Below are positions 52,535 to 62,038 of a stretch of 64,000 nt of DNA, in pieces. Under the pieces are notes generated by a model that was not told the origin of the DNA, ran no database searches, and worked only from the letters and a program-made list of their open reading frames with translations. Position 1 is the stretch's first letter. Every line of letters starts with the position of its first letter. The position numbers and the translations under genes are program-made. Origin of the DNA: an uncultured delta proteobacterium (GTDB lineage: Bacteria > Myxococcota > Myxococcia > Myxococcales > Myxococcaceae); contig CAWCKH010000004.1 of the NCBI GenBank assembly GCA_963796055.1, positions 2,848,001-2,912,000 of the forward strand, given 5' to 3'.

Positions 52535-52759
52535 CTAGCCGCGCGGGCGGCGCGGCGTCTTCGAGGCAGAAGCGCCCGATCCGGAAGGGTCTTCCGGTTT
52601 CCAGGGAACGCCGCGCTTCCGCTCGATGTACTCGCGGATGAGCCGGCGCACCACCTGCGACGGAGTCACGTCCTCCTCGGCGCAGAGCTGCTCGAAGACC
52701 GCCTTCTTCCGCGGATCGATCAGGATGGTGAGCCGGGCGGTGCGATCCTCGATTGGCAT
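52535..52759 (-). CDS. CopG-like ribbon-helix-helix DNA-binding protein
   Basis: TARLTILIDPRKK..FE.LC...DVTPSQVVRRLIREYI: beta-strand followed by two helices. Confidence 0.8.
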   Translation of the reverse strand: MPIEDRTARLTILIDPRKKAVFEQLCAEEDVTPSQVVRRLIREYIERKRGVPWKPEDPSGSGASASKTPRRPRG

Positions 52760-52806
52760 CAGACGTTCATGGGAGTGACACTGGAGACGATTCTGATGAT
52801 AATACG

Positions 52807-54813
52807 ATGATCATGGGTTCGGCGCCATCCCTCTCCGTTCTTCTGGCGCTGATCGTCGGCTGGTTCGCGCTGGGCCTGGCAGGGCTGATCCGTCCGCACG
52901 CGCTCGGCTTCGTCGGTCGGGTCCTCTTCCCGCTGGGCGCGCTGATCGCCCTCGGGGTCGCGCTGATCGGTCTCGGTGCGCTGCGACCGGACCAACCGGC
53001 AGAGCAGCTGGTGCTCCCGCTCGGCCTCCCCGACCTTCCGTTTCACCTGCGGCTCGATGCTCTCTCGGGGTTCTTCCTGCTGCTGCTCGGAGCGGCCGGA
53101 GCGGGCATCTCCATCTTCGCCGCGGGCTACTTCCGCGCCGGCGAGGGAACCGCACCGGGATTGCTCTGCCTGCAGTACCACGTCTTCTTCGCCAGCATGG
53201 TCCTGGTGGTGGTGGCCAACGACGCCTACCTCTTCATGGTGGCGTGGGAGACCATGGCCCTCAGCTCGTACTTCCTGGTCACCACCCAGCACCGCATCCC
53301 CGAGATTCGACGGGCGGGTTTTCTCTACCTGCTCATCGCCCACGTCGGCGCGCTCAGCATCCTCCTCTGCTTCGGGGTCCTCCAGGGTGGCAGCTGGAAG
53401 TTCACCTTCGATGCGATGCGAGGGCCGACGCTCTCGCCGGACCGGGCGACCATTGCCTTCCTTCTGGCCTTGCTCGGGTTCGGAGCCAAGGCCGGACTGG
53501 TCCCCCTCCACGTGTGGCTGCCCGAGGCGCATCCCGCCGCGCCCTCGCCGGTCTCGGCGATGATGAGCGGCCTGATGCTCAAGACCGCCGTGTACGGCGT
53601 GCTGCGGGTGACCTTCGACCTGCTCCACACCGGCTTCTGGTGGTGGGGGGCGCTGACTCTGGGCATCGGGCTCTTCACCGGACTGCTGGGGGTGGTGTTC
53701 GCCGCGGTCCAGACCGACATGAAGAGGCTGCTGGCCTATTCCTCGATCGAGAACGTGGGGATGATCTTCTGCGGGATCGGCCTGGCGATTCTCTTCCGGG
53801 CCTTCGATCTCCGGCTCTTCGCCGCGCTGGCTCTGAGCGCCGCGCTGATCCATTCGCTCAACCACGCCTTCTTCAAGAGCCTGCTCTTCCTCGCCACCGG
53901 CTCGGTGCTCCACGCGACCGGGGAGCGGAACCTCGGAAAGCTCGGGGGGCTGATCCACGGGATGCCCTGGGTGGCGGTCCTGGCCCTCATCGGAACGCTG
54001 GCCATCGCCGGGCTGCCGCCGCTCAACGGCTTCGTCTCCGAGTGGCTCCTGCTCCAGGCGTTCCTGGTCACCCCGCGCATTCCGCAGACCTTCGTCAACA
54101 TGCTGGTCCCGCTCGGCGCGGCGGCCCTCGCCCTGACCGCTGCGCTCGCCGCCTACGTGATGGTGAAGTTCTACGGGGTGATCTTCCTCGGGCAGCCCCG
54201 GGAGCCTTCGCTGGTGAAGGCCCATTCTGCGGGGTGGCTCCAGCGGCTGGGACTGGGATGGCTGGCGGCCGGGTGCGTGGTGCTGGGCGTCTTCCCCCAG
54301 CTGGCCCTGACCGCCACTGCCGGGATCACCCGCGGCGCGGTGGGGGAGGCGGTGCGGCCGGGCTCCTGGCTCTTCATCGCCCCGCTGGCGCCGGAACAGG
54401 CCTCCTACAGCGGGGTGCTCTTCCTGGCCGGAATCGTCGGCGTCTTCGCGCTGACCTTCGTCTTCGTCCGGCGTCTGTACCACGGGCGGGTGCGCCGGAC
54501 GGCCCCCTGGGACTGCGGCTACCCGTGGCTGACGCCTCGGATGCAGGACACCGCGGAGGGTTTCGGGCAGCCGATTCGCCACATCTTCGGCTCGGCGTTC
54601 CGGATCGAGCGGGAGCTGCCCTCGGCCTGGGACAGCTCGCCGCGCTACCGCGTCCACATCGAGGACCGGATCTGGCGCGCGCTCTACCTCCCACTCGGTC
54701 GCGGCGTCCAGCGACTGGCCGACGCGGTGGCGGTCATCCAGGGCGGGCGGCTGGCCGTCTACCTCCTGTACGCCTTCCTCACCCTCGTCGCTCTGCTGGT
54801 GTTCGTGCTGTGA
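52807..54813 (+). CDS. hyfB: Hydrogenase-4 component B-like antiporter subunit (Ehr membrane subunit)
   Basis: NuoL/MrpA-type: WE.M.LSSY, GFGAKAGLVPLHVWLPEAHPAAP, KRLLAYSSIEN, NHAFFKSLLF, PPLNGFVSEW. Confidence 0.92.
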   Translation: MIMGSAPSLSVLLALIVGWFALGLAGLIRPHALGFVGRVLFPLGALIALGVALIGLGALRPDQPAEQLVLPLGLPDLPFHLRLDALSGFFLLLLGAAGAGISIFAAGYFRAGEGTAPGLLCLQYHVFFASMVLVVVANDAYLFMVAWETMALSSYFLVTTQHRIPEIRRAGFLYLLIAHVGALSILLCFGVLQGGSWKFTFDAMRGPTLSPDRATIAFLLALLGFGAKAGLVPLHVWLPEAHPAAPSPVSAMMSGLMLKTAVYGVLRVTFDLLHTGFWWWGALTLGIGLFTGLLGVVFAAVQTDMKRLLAYSSIENVGMIFCGIGLAILFRAFDLRLFAALALSAALIHSLNHAFFKSLLFLATGSVLHATGERNLGKLGGLIHGMPWVAVLALIGTLAIAGLPPLNGFVSEWLLLQAFLVTPRIPQTFVNMLVPLGAAALALTAALAAYVMVKFYGVIFLGQPREPSLVKAHSAGWLQRLGLGWLAAGCVVLGVFPQLALTATAGITRGAVGEAVRPGSWLFIAPLAPEQASYSGVLFLAGIVGVFALTFVFVRRLYHGRVRRTAPWDCGYPWLTPRMQDTAEGFGQPIRHIFGSAFRIERELPSAWDSSPRYRVHIEDRIWRALYLPLGRGVQRLADAVAVIQGGRLAVYLLYAFLTLVALLVFVL

Positions 54814-55760
54814 CCACCTCGGCCGTCCTCCGCCAGACGGGCGAGGTGGTGCTGGCCATCGCCCTGGCCCCCTTCTTCATGGGGTGGATCGCCCAGTGCC
54901 GGGCCTGGCTCCAGAACCGGTCCGCGCCGCCGCTGCTGCAGCCCTGGCGCCTGCTCCGCAAGCTCTTCTGGAAGGACGCCGCGCTGGCAGAGAATGCCTC
55001 GCCGCTGTTCCGGCTGACACCCTACGTCCTGTTCGGAACGATGGTCCTGGCCACGGCCATCATCCCCTCGGTGGCGATCGATCTCCCCTTCGCCTTCGTG
55101 GCCGACGCCATCGCCCTGGTGGGTCTGTTCGCCACTGCTCGGGTGTTCGTCGCGCTCGCGGCGATGGACATCGGCACCGCCTTCGGAAGCCTCGGCGCGC
55201 GGCGGGAGATGATGATCGGCTTTCTGGCCGAGCCGGCGCTGCTGATGGTCTTCTTCAACGCCTTCCTGATCTCCGGGAGCACGGCCTTGCCCAGCGTCGT
55301 CGAGCGCCTGGCCGCGCCGCCCTTCATCATCTATCCGAGCCTGGCCTTCGCCGGAGTGGCCTTCGTGATGGTGCTCCTCGCCGAGAACGGGCGGCTGCCC
55401 ATCGACAACCCGGCGACGCATCTGGAGTTGACGATGATCCACGAGGCGATGGTGCTGGAGTACTCGGCCCGCCACCTGGCGCTGATCGAGTGGGCATCGG
55501 CGCTCAAGCTCTTCAACTACGCCTGCCTCGGCTTCGCCCTCTTCGTTCCCTGGGGCGTGGCCACCAGGGGCGCCGGGCCGGGGGCGCTGGTGGTGGCCGT
55601 CCTGGCGCTGCTCCTCAAGCTGGGCGCGGCGGGCGCGGTGCTCGCCCTGGTGGAGACGGTCTCCGCCAAGCTGCGCATCTTCCGTGCGCCCGAGTTCCTG
55701 GCGATGGCGTTTCTCCTCGCCGTTCTCGGGCTGCTGGTTCACCTCATGCTGGGAGCCTGA
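54810..55760 (+). CDS. hyfC: Hydrogenase-4 component C-like (NuoH family) subunit
   Basis: LQP...L.KL..K, GSLGARRE, AENGRLPIDNP.THLELTMIHEAMVLEYS. Confidence 0.92.
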   Translation: MTTSAVLRQTGEVVLAIALAPFFMGWIAQCRAWLQNRSAPPLLQPWRLLRKLFWKDAALAENASPLFRLTPYVLFGTMVLATAIIPSVAIDLPFAFVADAIALVGLFATARVFVALAAMDIGTAFGSLGARREMMIGFLAEPALLMVFFNAFLISGSTALPSVVERLAAPPFIIYPSLAFAGVAFVMVLLAENGRLPIDNPATHLELTMIHEAMVLEYSARHLALIEWASALKLFNYACLGFALFVPWGVATRGAGPGALVVAVLALLLKLGAAGAVLALVETVSAKLRIFRAPEFLAMAFLLAVLGLLVHLMLGA

Positions 55761-55762
55761 AC

Positions 55763-56428
55763 GTGCCGCCGCCGAGCCTCACCGCGCAGCTGCTGAATCT
55801 CTTCGCCGCCGGCTTGCTCCTGATCTCCTTCGCCATGCTTTCCCAGCGAAGGACGCGGCGACTCATCGCGCTCTTCGCCTTGCAGGGGACGATCCTCACC
55901 GCCTCCACCACCCTGGTGGCCTACAGCGCCGGGCTCCATCACCTCTACTACTCGGCGTGGCTCACCCTGGTCCTCAAGGTATTGTTCCTGCCCTGGATCC
56001 TCCTCCGTCTGGTCGACCGGCTGGGGGCGCAGTGGGACACCGAGCCGCTGCTCAAGATCCCCACCACCATGCTCATCGGGGTGGGGCTGGTGATCTTCGC
56101 CTTCGGCCTGGCCCAGCCGATCAGCGCCCTGGCCACCACCATCACCCGGAACACGCTGGGCATCGCGCTGGCGATCATCTTCCTGGCCTTCGTGATGATG
56201 ATCACCCGGCGCAAGGCGGTCACCCAGGTGATGGGGTTCCTCTCCATGGAGAACGGCCTGTTCTTCGCCGCGACCAGCGCCACCTACGGGATGCCGATGG
56301 TGGTGGAGCTGGGCATCGCCCTCGACGTCCTGGTGGGCGTCTTCATCCTGGGCATCTTCTTCTTCCAGATCCGGGAGCAGTTCGAGAGCCTCGATCTGCA
56401 CCACCTCGAGAAGCTCAAGGAGGATTGA
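55763..56428 (+). CDS. hyfE: Hydrogenase-4 component E-like membrane subunit
   Basis: QVMGFLSMENG, MPMVVELG..LDV; position in operon. Confidence 0.9.
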   Translation: MPPPSLTAQLLNLFAAGLLLISFAMLSQRRTRRLIALFALQGTILTASTTLVAYSAGLHHLYYSAWLTLVLKVLFLPWILLRLVDRLGAQWDTEPLLKIPTTMLIGVGLVIFAFGLAQPISALATTITRNTLGIALAIIFLAFVMMITRRKAVTQVMGFLSMENGLFFAATSATYGMPMVVELGIALDVLVGVFILGIFFFQIREQFESLDLHHLEKLKED

Positions 56429-56429
56429 G

Positions 56430-57878
56430 GTGGAGCTACTCCTGGTCCTCGGGATTCCCCTGCTCGGCGCTGCGGTGCTCGCGGTGGTCGGCGCACGCCG
56501 TCATGCGGCCGAGGTGAACGCGGGGATGAGCCTGGCCACGCTGGGGGCGGCGGCGATGCTCGTCCTCCGGGTCATCCGCCACGGGCCGATGCTGGTCTGG
56601 CGCGAGCAGTTCTTCATCGACCCCTTCAACGTCTTCCTGGTGGCGCTCACCGCCTTCGTGGGCTTCACCACCGCGCTCTTCTCCCGTCCCTACATGCGCA
56701 TCGAGGAGCACAAGGGTCGGATCACCCCGCGGCGGCTGCGGCTGTACCACAGCATGTACCAGCTCTTCATGGCGGCGATGCTGCTGGCGCTGCTGACCAA
56801 CAACATGGGCATCCTCTGGGTGGCGATGGAGGCCGCGACGCTCTCCACCGTCCTCCTGGTCTCGCTCTACCGGACCCGGGCCAGCCTGGAGGCGGCCTGG
56901 AAGTACTTCATCCTCTGCGGGGTGGGGATCGCGCAGGCGCTCTTCGGGACCATCCTTCTCTACTTCGCCGCGGAGGGGCTGCTGGGCAGAGAAGGGATGA
57001 CGGCTCTCCTCTGGACCCATCTCGACGCGGTGAAGGGGCACCTCGAACCGACGGTGATCGCGCTGGCCTTCGTGTTCCTCCTGGTGGGCTACGGGACGAA
57101 GGTCGGTCTGGCGCCGCTGCACAACTGGTTGCCCGACGCCCACGCCGAGGGTCCGACCCCGGTCTCGGCGGTGCTCTCGGGGCTGCTGCTCAACGTGGCG
57201 CTCTACGCGGTCATCCGCTGCAAGGTGCTGGCCGAAGGGTCCCTCCACCAGCTCCCCGGCCGGATGCTGATGGGCTTCGGGCTGCTCTCGGCGATCCTGG
57301 CGGCGTTCTTCCTCTGGCGGCAGCGGGACATCAAGCGGCTCTTCGCCTACTCCTCGATCGAGCACATGGGAATCGTGACCTTCGCCTTCGGGATGGGCGG
57401 CCCGGTCGCGAACTTCGCGGCGCTCCTCCACATGACGGTGCACTCGCTGACCAAGTCGGCGATCTTCTTCGCCGCCGGTCACGCCACGCAGACCGCCGGC
57501 ACCCAGCGGATGGACGGCATCCGCGGTCTGCTCGTGCTCAGCCCCACCATCGGCTGGGGCTTGATGCTCGGGGCGCTGGCGATCCTCGGGCTCCCGCCGT
57601 TCGGGGTCTTCGCCAGCGAGTTCCTGATCCTCACCACCGCGATGCGCGATCATCCCTGGGCGACACCGATCCTTCTCGCTGCGCTGGGAGTGGCCTTCGC
57701 GGCGATCTTCGGCCGGGTCCAGCCGATGGTCTTCGGGGAGACGCACGGCCGGCCCCTGCCGCACTCCCCGGCGCTGCTCCCGGTGTTCGTCCACCTGGCA
57801 CTGGTGCTGCTCCTCGGTCTCTACATGCCGCCGGCCCTGGCCGAGTGGTACCGCCTGGCGGCGCGGTTGATCGGCTGA
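56430..57878 (+). CDS. hyfF: Hydrogenase-4 component F-like antiporter subunit
   Basis: WVAMEAATL, LEAAWKY, GYGTKVGLAPLHNWLPDAHAEGP, KRLFAYSSIEHMG. Confidence 0.92.
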   Translation: MELLLVLGIPLLGAAVLAVVGARRHAAEVNAGMSLATLGAAAMLVLRVIRHGPMLVWREQFFIDPFNVFLVALTAFVGFTTALFSRPYMRIEEHKGRITPRRLRLYHSMYQLFMAAMLLALLTNNMGILWVAMEAATLSTVLLVSLYRTRASLEAAWKYFILCGVGIAQALFGTILLYFAAEGLLGREGMTALLWTHLDAVKGHLEPTVIALAFVFLLVGYGTKVGLAPLHNWLPDAHAEGPTPVSAVLSGLLLNVALYAVIRCKVLAEGSLHQLPGRMLMGFGLLSAILAAFFLWRQRDIKRLFAYSSIEHMGIVTFAFGMGGPVANFAALLHMTVHSLTKSAIFFAAGHATQTAGTQRMDGIRGLLVLSPTIGWGLMLGALAILGLPPFGVFASEFLILTTAMRDHPWATPILLAALGVAFAAIFGRVQPMVFGETHGRPLPHSPALLPVFVHLALVLLLGLYMPPALAEWYRLAARLIG

Positions 57879-57881
57879 GCG

Positions 57882-59430
57882 ATGGCTCCCGCGACCTCAG
57901 CGGTGAAGGGAATGCCGCTTCTGGCCAACGTCCGGGGCAGGCGCCTGCTCGCTTCCGAGCGGGCGCAGTGGAGCGGCATGGCCGAGTCGATGAAGGCCGG
58001 GGGGGCAGGGCTCCTGGCCTTGTGGGGCACCGACGACCGCGACCGTGACGGGCATTTCCGGATCCACGCGACATATCTGCTCTCGGCCGAGGTGGTGCTG
58101 GTCGAGCATCCGCTGCCTGGCGGGGCCACGACCTACCCCAGCCTGGCGCCGCTCTTCCCGGTGGCGGGCCGGCTGGAGCGGGCGGTGGCGGATCTCCTGG
58201 GCTTGCGAGCCGAGGGAGGCGACGAGCGGGGATGGCTGCGGCACGGCGGCTGGCCCGAGACGTTCTTCCCTCTCCGGAGAGACAGCGCACCGACCGCGCG
58301 CTTCCCACCGTCCCCGGCCGCGTACCCGTTCGTGGCGGTGGTGGGCGACGGGGTGCACGAGATCCCGGTCGGTCCAGTCCATGCCGGGACCATCGAGCCG
58401 GGGAACTTTCGCTTCTCCGTGGTGGGGGAGAAGGTGCTCCGCCTGGAGGAGCGACTGGGCTACACGCACAAGGGCGTCGCCAAGCGCTTCGAGGAGCGGT
58501 CGCAGTCAGAGGGGCAGCAGCTGGCGGCGCGCGTCTCCGGGGACTCGGCGGTCGCCTTCTCCTGGGCGTACTGCGCGGCGCTGGAGGCCATCACCGGCAC
58601 CCAGGTGCCCCCGCGCGCCGCCGCGCTTCGAGCCCTGGCGCTGGAGCGCGAGCGGATCGCCAACCACCTCGGAGACCTGGGAGCGCTGGGCAACGACGCC
58701 GGGTTCGCCTTCGGCCTCGCCCAGTTCTCCCGGCTCAAGGAGGACCTGCTCCGGGCCAATGCCACCGCGCTGGGGGCGCGCTATCTGCTCGATCTCGGTC
58801 GTCCCGGGCGGCGTGGCGATGGACCTCGGCGCGGACAGCCCGCGCGTGCTGGTGCAGCAGTCCTTCGAGCTGGAAGTTGCCGTCGCCGGATTGCGTGCCC
58901 TCTACGACGAGCATCCCGGGCTCCAGGACCGCTTTCGCGACGCGGGTCGACTGGACGGGCAGCTGGCGGAGAAGCTCGGCGCCGTGGGGCTGGCGGCGCG
59001 CGCCTCGGGCATCCGGCGTGACCTCCGGCTCGACATGCCCTGGGCGCCGTATGACCGGCTGGGTCCGAGGCTGGTCGTCGAGGCCCGGGGCGACGTGGCT
59101 GCGCGGGTGCTGGTGAGATTCGGCGAGCTGCTGGAATCGGTCCGGCTCTGCCGGGCGCTGCTGGAGGAGCTCCCCGACGGTGCGGTCCGCGTCGAGGTTC
59201 CGGTCGCACCGCCGGATCGTCTGGGACTGGGGATGATCGAGGGCTGGCGCGGGCCGGTGCTGATCGCGCTTCATTCCGGCGCGGAGGGGACGATCCGGCG
59301 CTGCCACGCCCACGACCCCTCGTGGCAGAACTGGCCGCTCCTGGAGCACGCCATCCTGGACAACATCGTCCCGGACTTCCCGCTGATCAACAAGTCGTTC
59401 AACCTCTCCTACAGCGGGCACGACGGGTGA
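57882..59430 (+). CDS. hyfG: HyfG/HycE-like NuoC-NuoD fusion large subunit lacking Ni-binding Cys (EhrL-type); apparent +1 frameshift
   Basis: IPVGPVHAGTIEPG, RLGYTHKG, ERERIANH, GDVAAR, EGWRG, DPSWQNW, DFPLINKSFNLSYSGHD; frames joined by removing one G at 58797-58798. Confidence 0.88.
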
Positions 59431-59438
59431 GGTGATCG

Positions 59439-59963
59439 ATGCTCGATCTCCTGAGGCGCATCTTTCGCACCGGGGTGCTGAGTGAGCCGCTCCCTGTGCC
59501 GGCCGAGCTGCCGGTCGACGAGCGCCGGCTGCAAGATGAGCTGCTGGCGGTGCTCGGCCGTGCGCTCTCCATTCGCCACGTCGACGCCGGATCGTGCAAC
59601 GGCTGCGAGCTGGAGATCCACGCGCTGAACAACCCCTATTACAACCTCGAGGGAGCGGGGATCCGCTTCGTCGCCAGTCCCCGGCACGCGGATCTCCTCC
59701 TGGTGACCGGTCCGGTCTCGGTGAACATGGAGGAGGCGCTTCGCCGCACCTACGCCGCCACCCCGGACCCGAAGCTGGTGGTGGCGGTGGGGGACTGCGG
59801 GGCGTGCGGTGGAGTCTTCGGCGAGAGCTACGCCAGCCTGGGAGGGGTGGGCAAGGTGATCCCGGTGGACGTCACGGTCCCGGGATGTCCGCCACGCCCG
59901 GTGGCCATCCTCCAGGGGATTCTCGCGGCGACCCGGAAGGTCTCACCGCGAAAGGTCGGGTGA
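59439..59963 (+). CDS. hyfI: HyfI/NuoB-like Fe-S small subunit
   Basis: DAGSCNGCELE, ASPRHAD.LLVTG, AVGDC, PGCPP. Confidence 0.92.
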   Translation: MLDLLRRIFRTGVLSEPLPVPAELPVDERRLQDELLAVLGRALSIRHVDAGSCNGCELEIHALNNPYYNLEGAGIRFVASPRHADLLLVTGPVSVNMEEALRRTYAATPDPKLVVAVGDCGACGGVFGESYASLGGVGKVIPVDVTVPGCPPRPVAILQGILAATRKVSPRKVG

Positions 59964-60130
59964 CTCGCCCGGGTGCCCGGCGTCAGACGCACGGACGGGA
60001 AGCGGAGCGTAGGTCGTCACCGGTGACGCGGCCGTCGACTCCGCCCCTCGAATCTCCCCGAAAGGACGGCCGTTCGGGTACTTCGGCCAGAATGGCGGCC
60101 CACCAGAGCAGAAACCCGGCGGGCCGGAGG

Positions 60131-60769
60131 TCACGGTCCTTTGGCGGGTAAAGTGGCCACTGTCCCGGTCTCTCCCTCGGCGGCGACCAAGACATCGGCT
60201 CGCTGAATCTCGGCGCAGTTCTTAAGGATGATACAGCCCCGACGACGGAGCATGTTCACCTGGTCAAACTCAGAGTCGGCTTGGCTGAGAAGCTTCGTGA
60301 CGTCGACGGTTAAGTCACTGGCACGGGACTTCGCTTCGACAAGATCCTTCTCGAACCATGCCGACCGTGCCAACCATGCTTGCGGGACCGACCCGACATT
60401 CACGGTGATGGTTGCGACTAGCCGCTCCCTCACGGCGATGCCGTGACTATCCAACTCTTGACAGCGACGGCGCTGATCGAGGAAGGCATCGAAGCTCTTG
60501 CGCGCGCTACTTTCGGCACGTACGAGAGGAACGACGTTCGCGTAGTTTCGAAACATCGCTCTCTGGTGAGTGTCGTGGAGAAGCGAGAGCTTGCGAGCAA
60601 GGAGTTCACTTCGCTCGTCCAGGGCTCTCAGACACTTCTGTACTTCGACCTCGGTTCGCGAGAGTTCGGCATCCGAGCTGGCGAGAAGATCCGCGGTTGC
60701 CTTCGTCTTCGAATGGCACCCGAACAGCACCACGATCAGGAATATCGGCCCGATACCGGCTCTCATCAA
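60131..60769 (-). CDS. Hypothetical lipoprotein (helical) in island
   Basis: Lipobox-like IFLIVVLFGC; atypical, less GC3-biased codon usage. Confidence 0.5.
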   Translation of the reverse strand: MMRAGIGPIFLIVVLFGCHSKTKATADLLASSDAELSRTEVEVQKCLRALDERSELLARKLSLLHDTHQRAMFRNYANVVPLVRAESSARKSFDAFLDQRRRCQELDSHGIAVRERLVATITVNVGSVPQAWLARSAWFEKDLVEAKSRASDLTVDVTKLLSQADSEFDQVNMLRRRGCIILKNCAEIQRADVLVAAEGETGTVATLPAKGP

Positions 60770-60963
60770 CTCCTCCGTCAGGACGGTTCCTTCAGTCGTA
60801 TTCTACGCTGACCAAAGAGCGGAGTGAGTCCATGGTCCGGAATTGGAATCCCATCGCGTGCGCACGACGAGCTGAAGGTCTTCCGGAAGCGGGTCGAGTC
60901 GGGAAAAGTGACCGTCAGCGGGCTGGCGAAGAAGCTCAAGGTCTCCGTCCCGACCGCATGCAA

Positions 60964-61338
60964 CTACCCTCCACGAACTTCGCAATCCCGAAGTCGAGCA
61001 GCTTCACGTGCCCGTCCCGTGCGCCGCGGCCAGCCCCCTGGCCATCTGCGCCGCCCAATCCAGTGCCGTGGCCATGGGCACGGGGCCCTTCGCCAGCCGC
61101 TGGCGGGCGTCTCGCCCTGGAGCAACTCTGTGACGAAGTAGGATTTCCCGTCGTAGAGCCCGACGTCGCGCAGGGCGACGATGTTGGGGTGGTTCAGGGA
61201 GCCGGCGACCTTCGCCTCGCGCTCGAATCGTTCGAGCGAAGCTCCGTCACCCCCGAGGGCCTCAGAGACGACCTTGATGGCCACCTCGCGACCGAGGCGG
61301 GTGTCCTTGGCTCGGTACACCTCCGCCATGCCCCCCAC
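60964..61338 (-). pseudogene. Degraded Ser/Thr protein kinase fragment
   Basis: GGMAEVYRAKDTRLGREVAIKV...RFEREA...LNHPNIV...FVTELLQGET, then in other frames GLAAAH and HVKLLDFGIAK; the HRD catalytic loop and C-lobe are absent. Confidence 0.85.
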
Positions 61339-62038
61339 CTCGGGACGATCCGCGCCGCGGGCGAAGGCTGACGCATCCGAGGTGAATCGGAGAGCATTGT
61401 CGATTTGAGCCGGTCAGCCCTCATCGGGGTGCCCCCAGAACGACTCGAGGAAAATAGTAGGGGGATGGTACAGGCGCGCGCATCGGGGGCACGCGGTGAG
61501 CTCTGTGGGCGGGACTGCTTCGGCTGGTCTCGACATCGGTCGCTCCGTGGAACGGGAGCGACGAGGCGCCGCTCCTCACCGGGCGCGGGGAGCGGCGACG
61601 AGGAAAGCGGGCCTGGAGCTATTCCAGCGTCAGGTCTGGTCGGGAGCGACCGCCGGCGGCCGTGACGCGGTGCTGTTCCGCGGCGCGGTCGGAGAAAAAG
61701 GATCCGCGGTGTGCTCGTCAGAGCCTCAGCAACCGGCGTCTTCGGCCCACTTGGTGCGGCTTGACCAGACCCCGGAGCGGTGATCAGCGGCCTCGGAACG
61801 ACCGAGAAGATCCTGCCGTCAGCGTGCTTCGAGTCTCGCCTTCGCGGCCTCACGGGAAGCCCGTCGGCACCGCTCCGCTGCCCGGAACAGCCTTCCAGAT
61901 TAGAGGCTCGTGCGCTCGCTTGCAGGTCCCCTTCGACCACGGGCTTAGCCTCTGGTACTTGGCGACCCAGCGCTTCCCGTAGTGGTTTCTCTAGCTCGCA
62001 CGTCGCCAGCATGGTGTCAGCTCGCAGGAGGCGACAAC

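Noticed and set aside
52807..59963. Functional [NiFe] hydrogenase-4 / formate hydrogenlyase
   Set aside because: Large subunit lacks both CxxC Ni-binding motifs, and no maturation or fdh genes are present.
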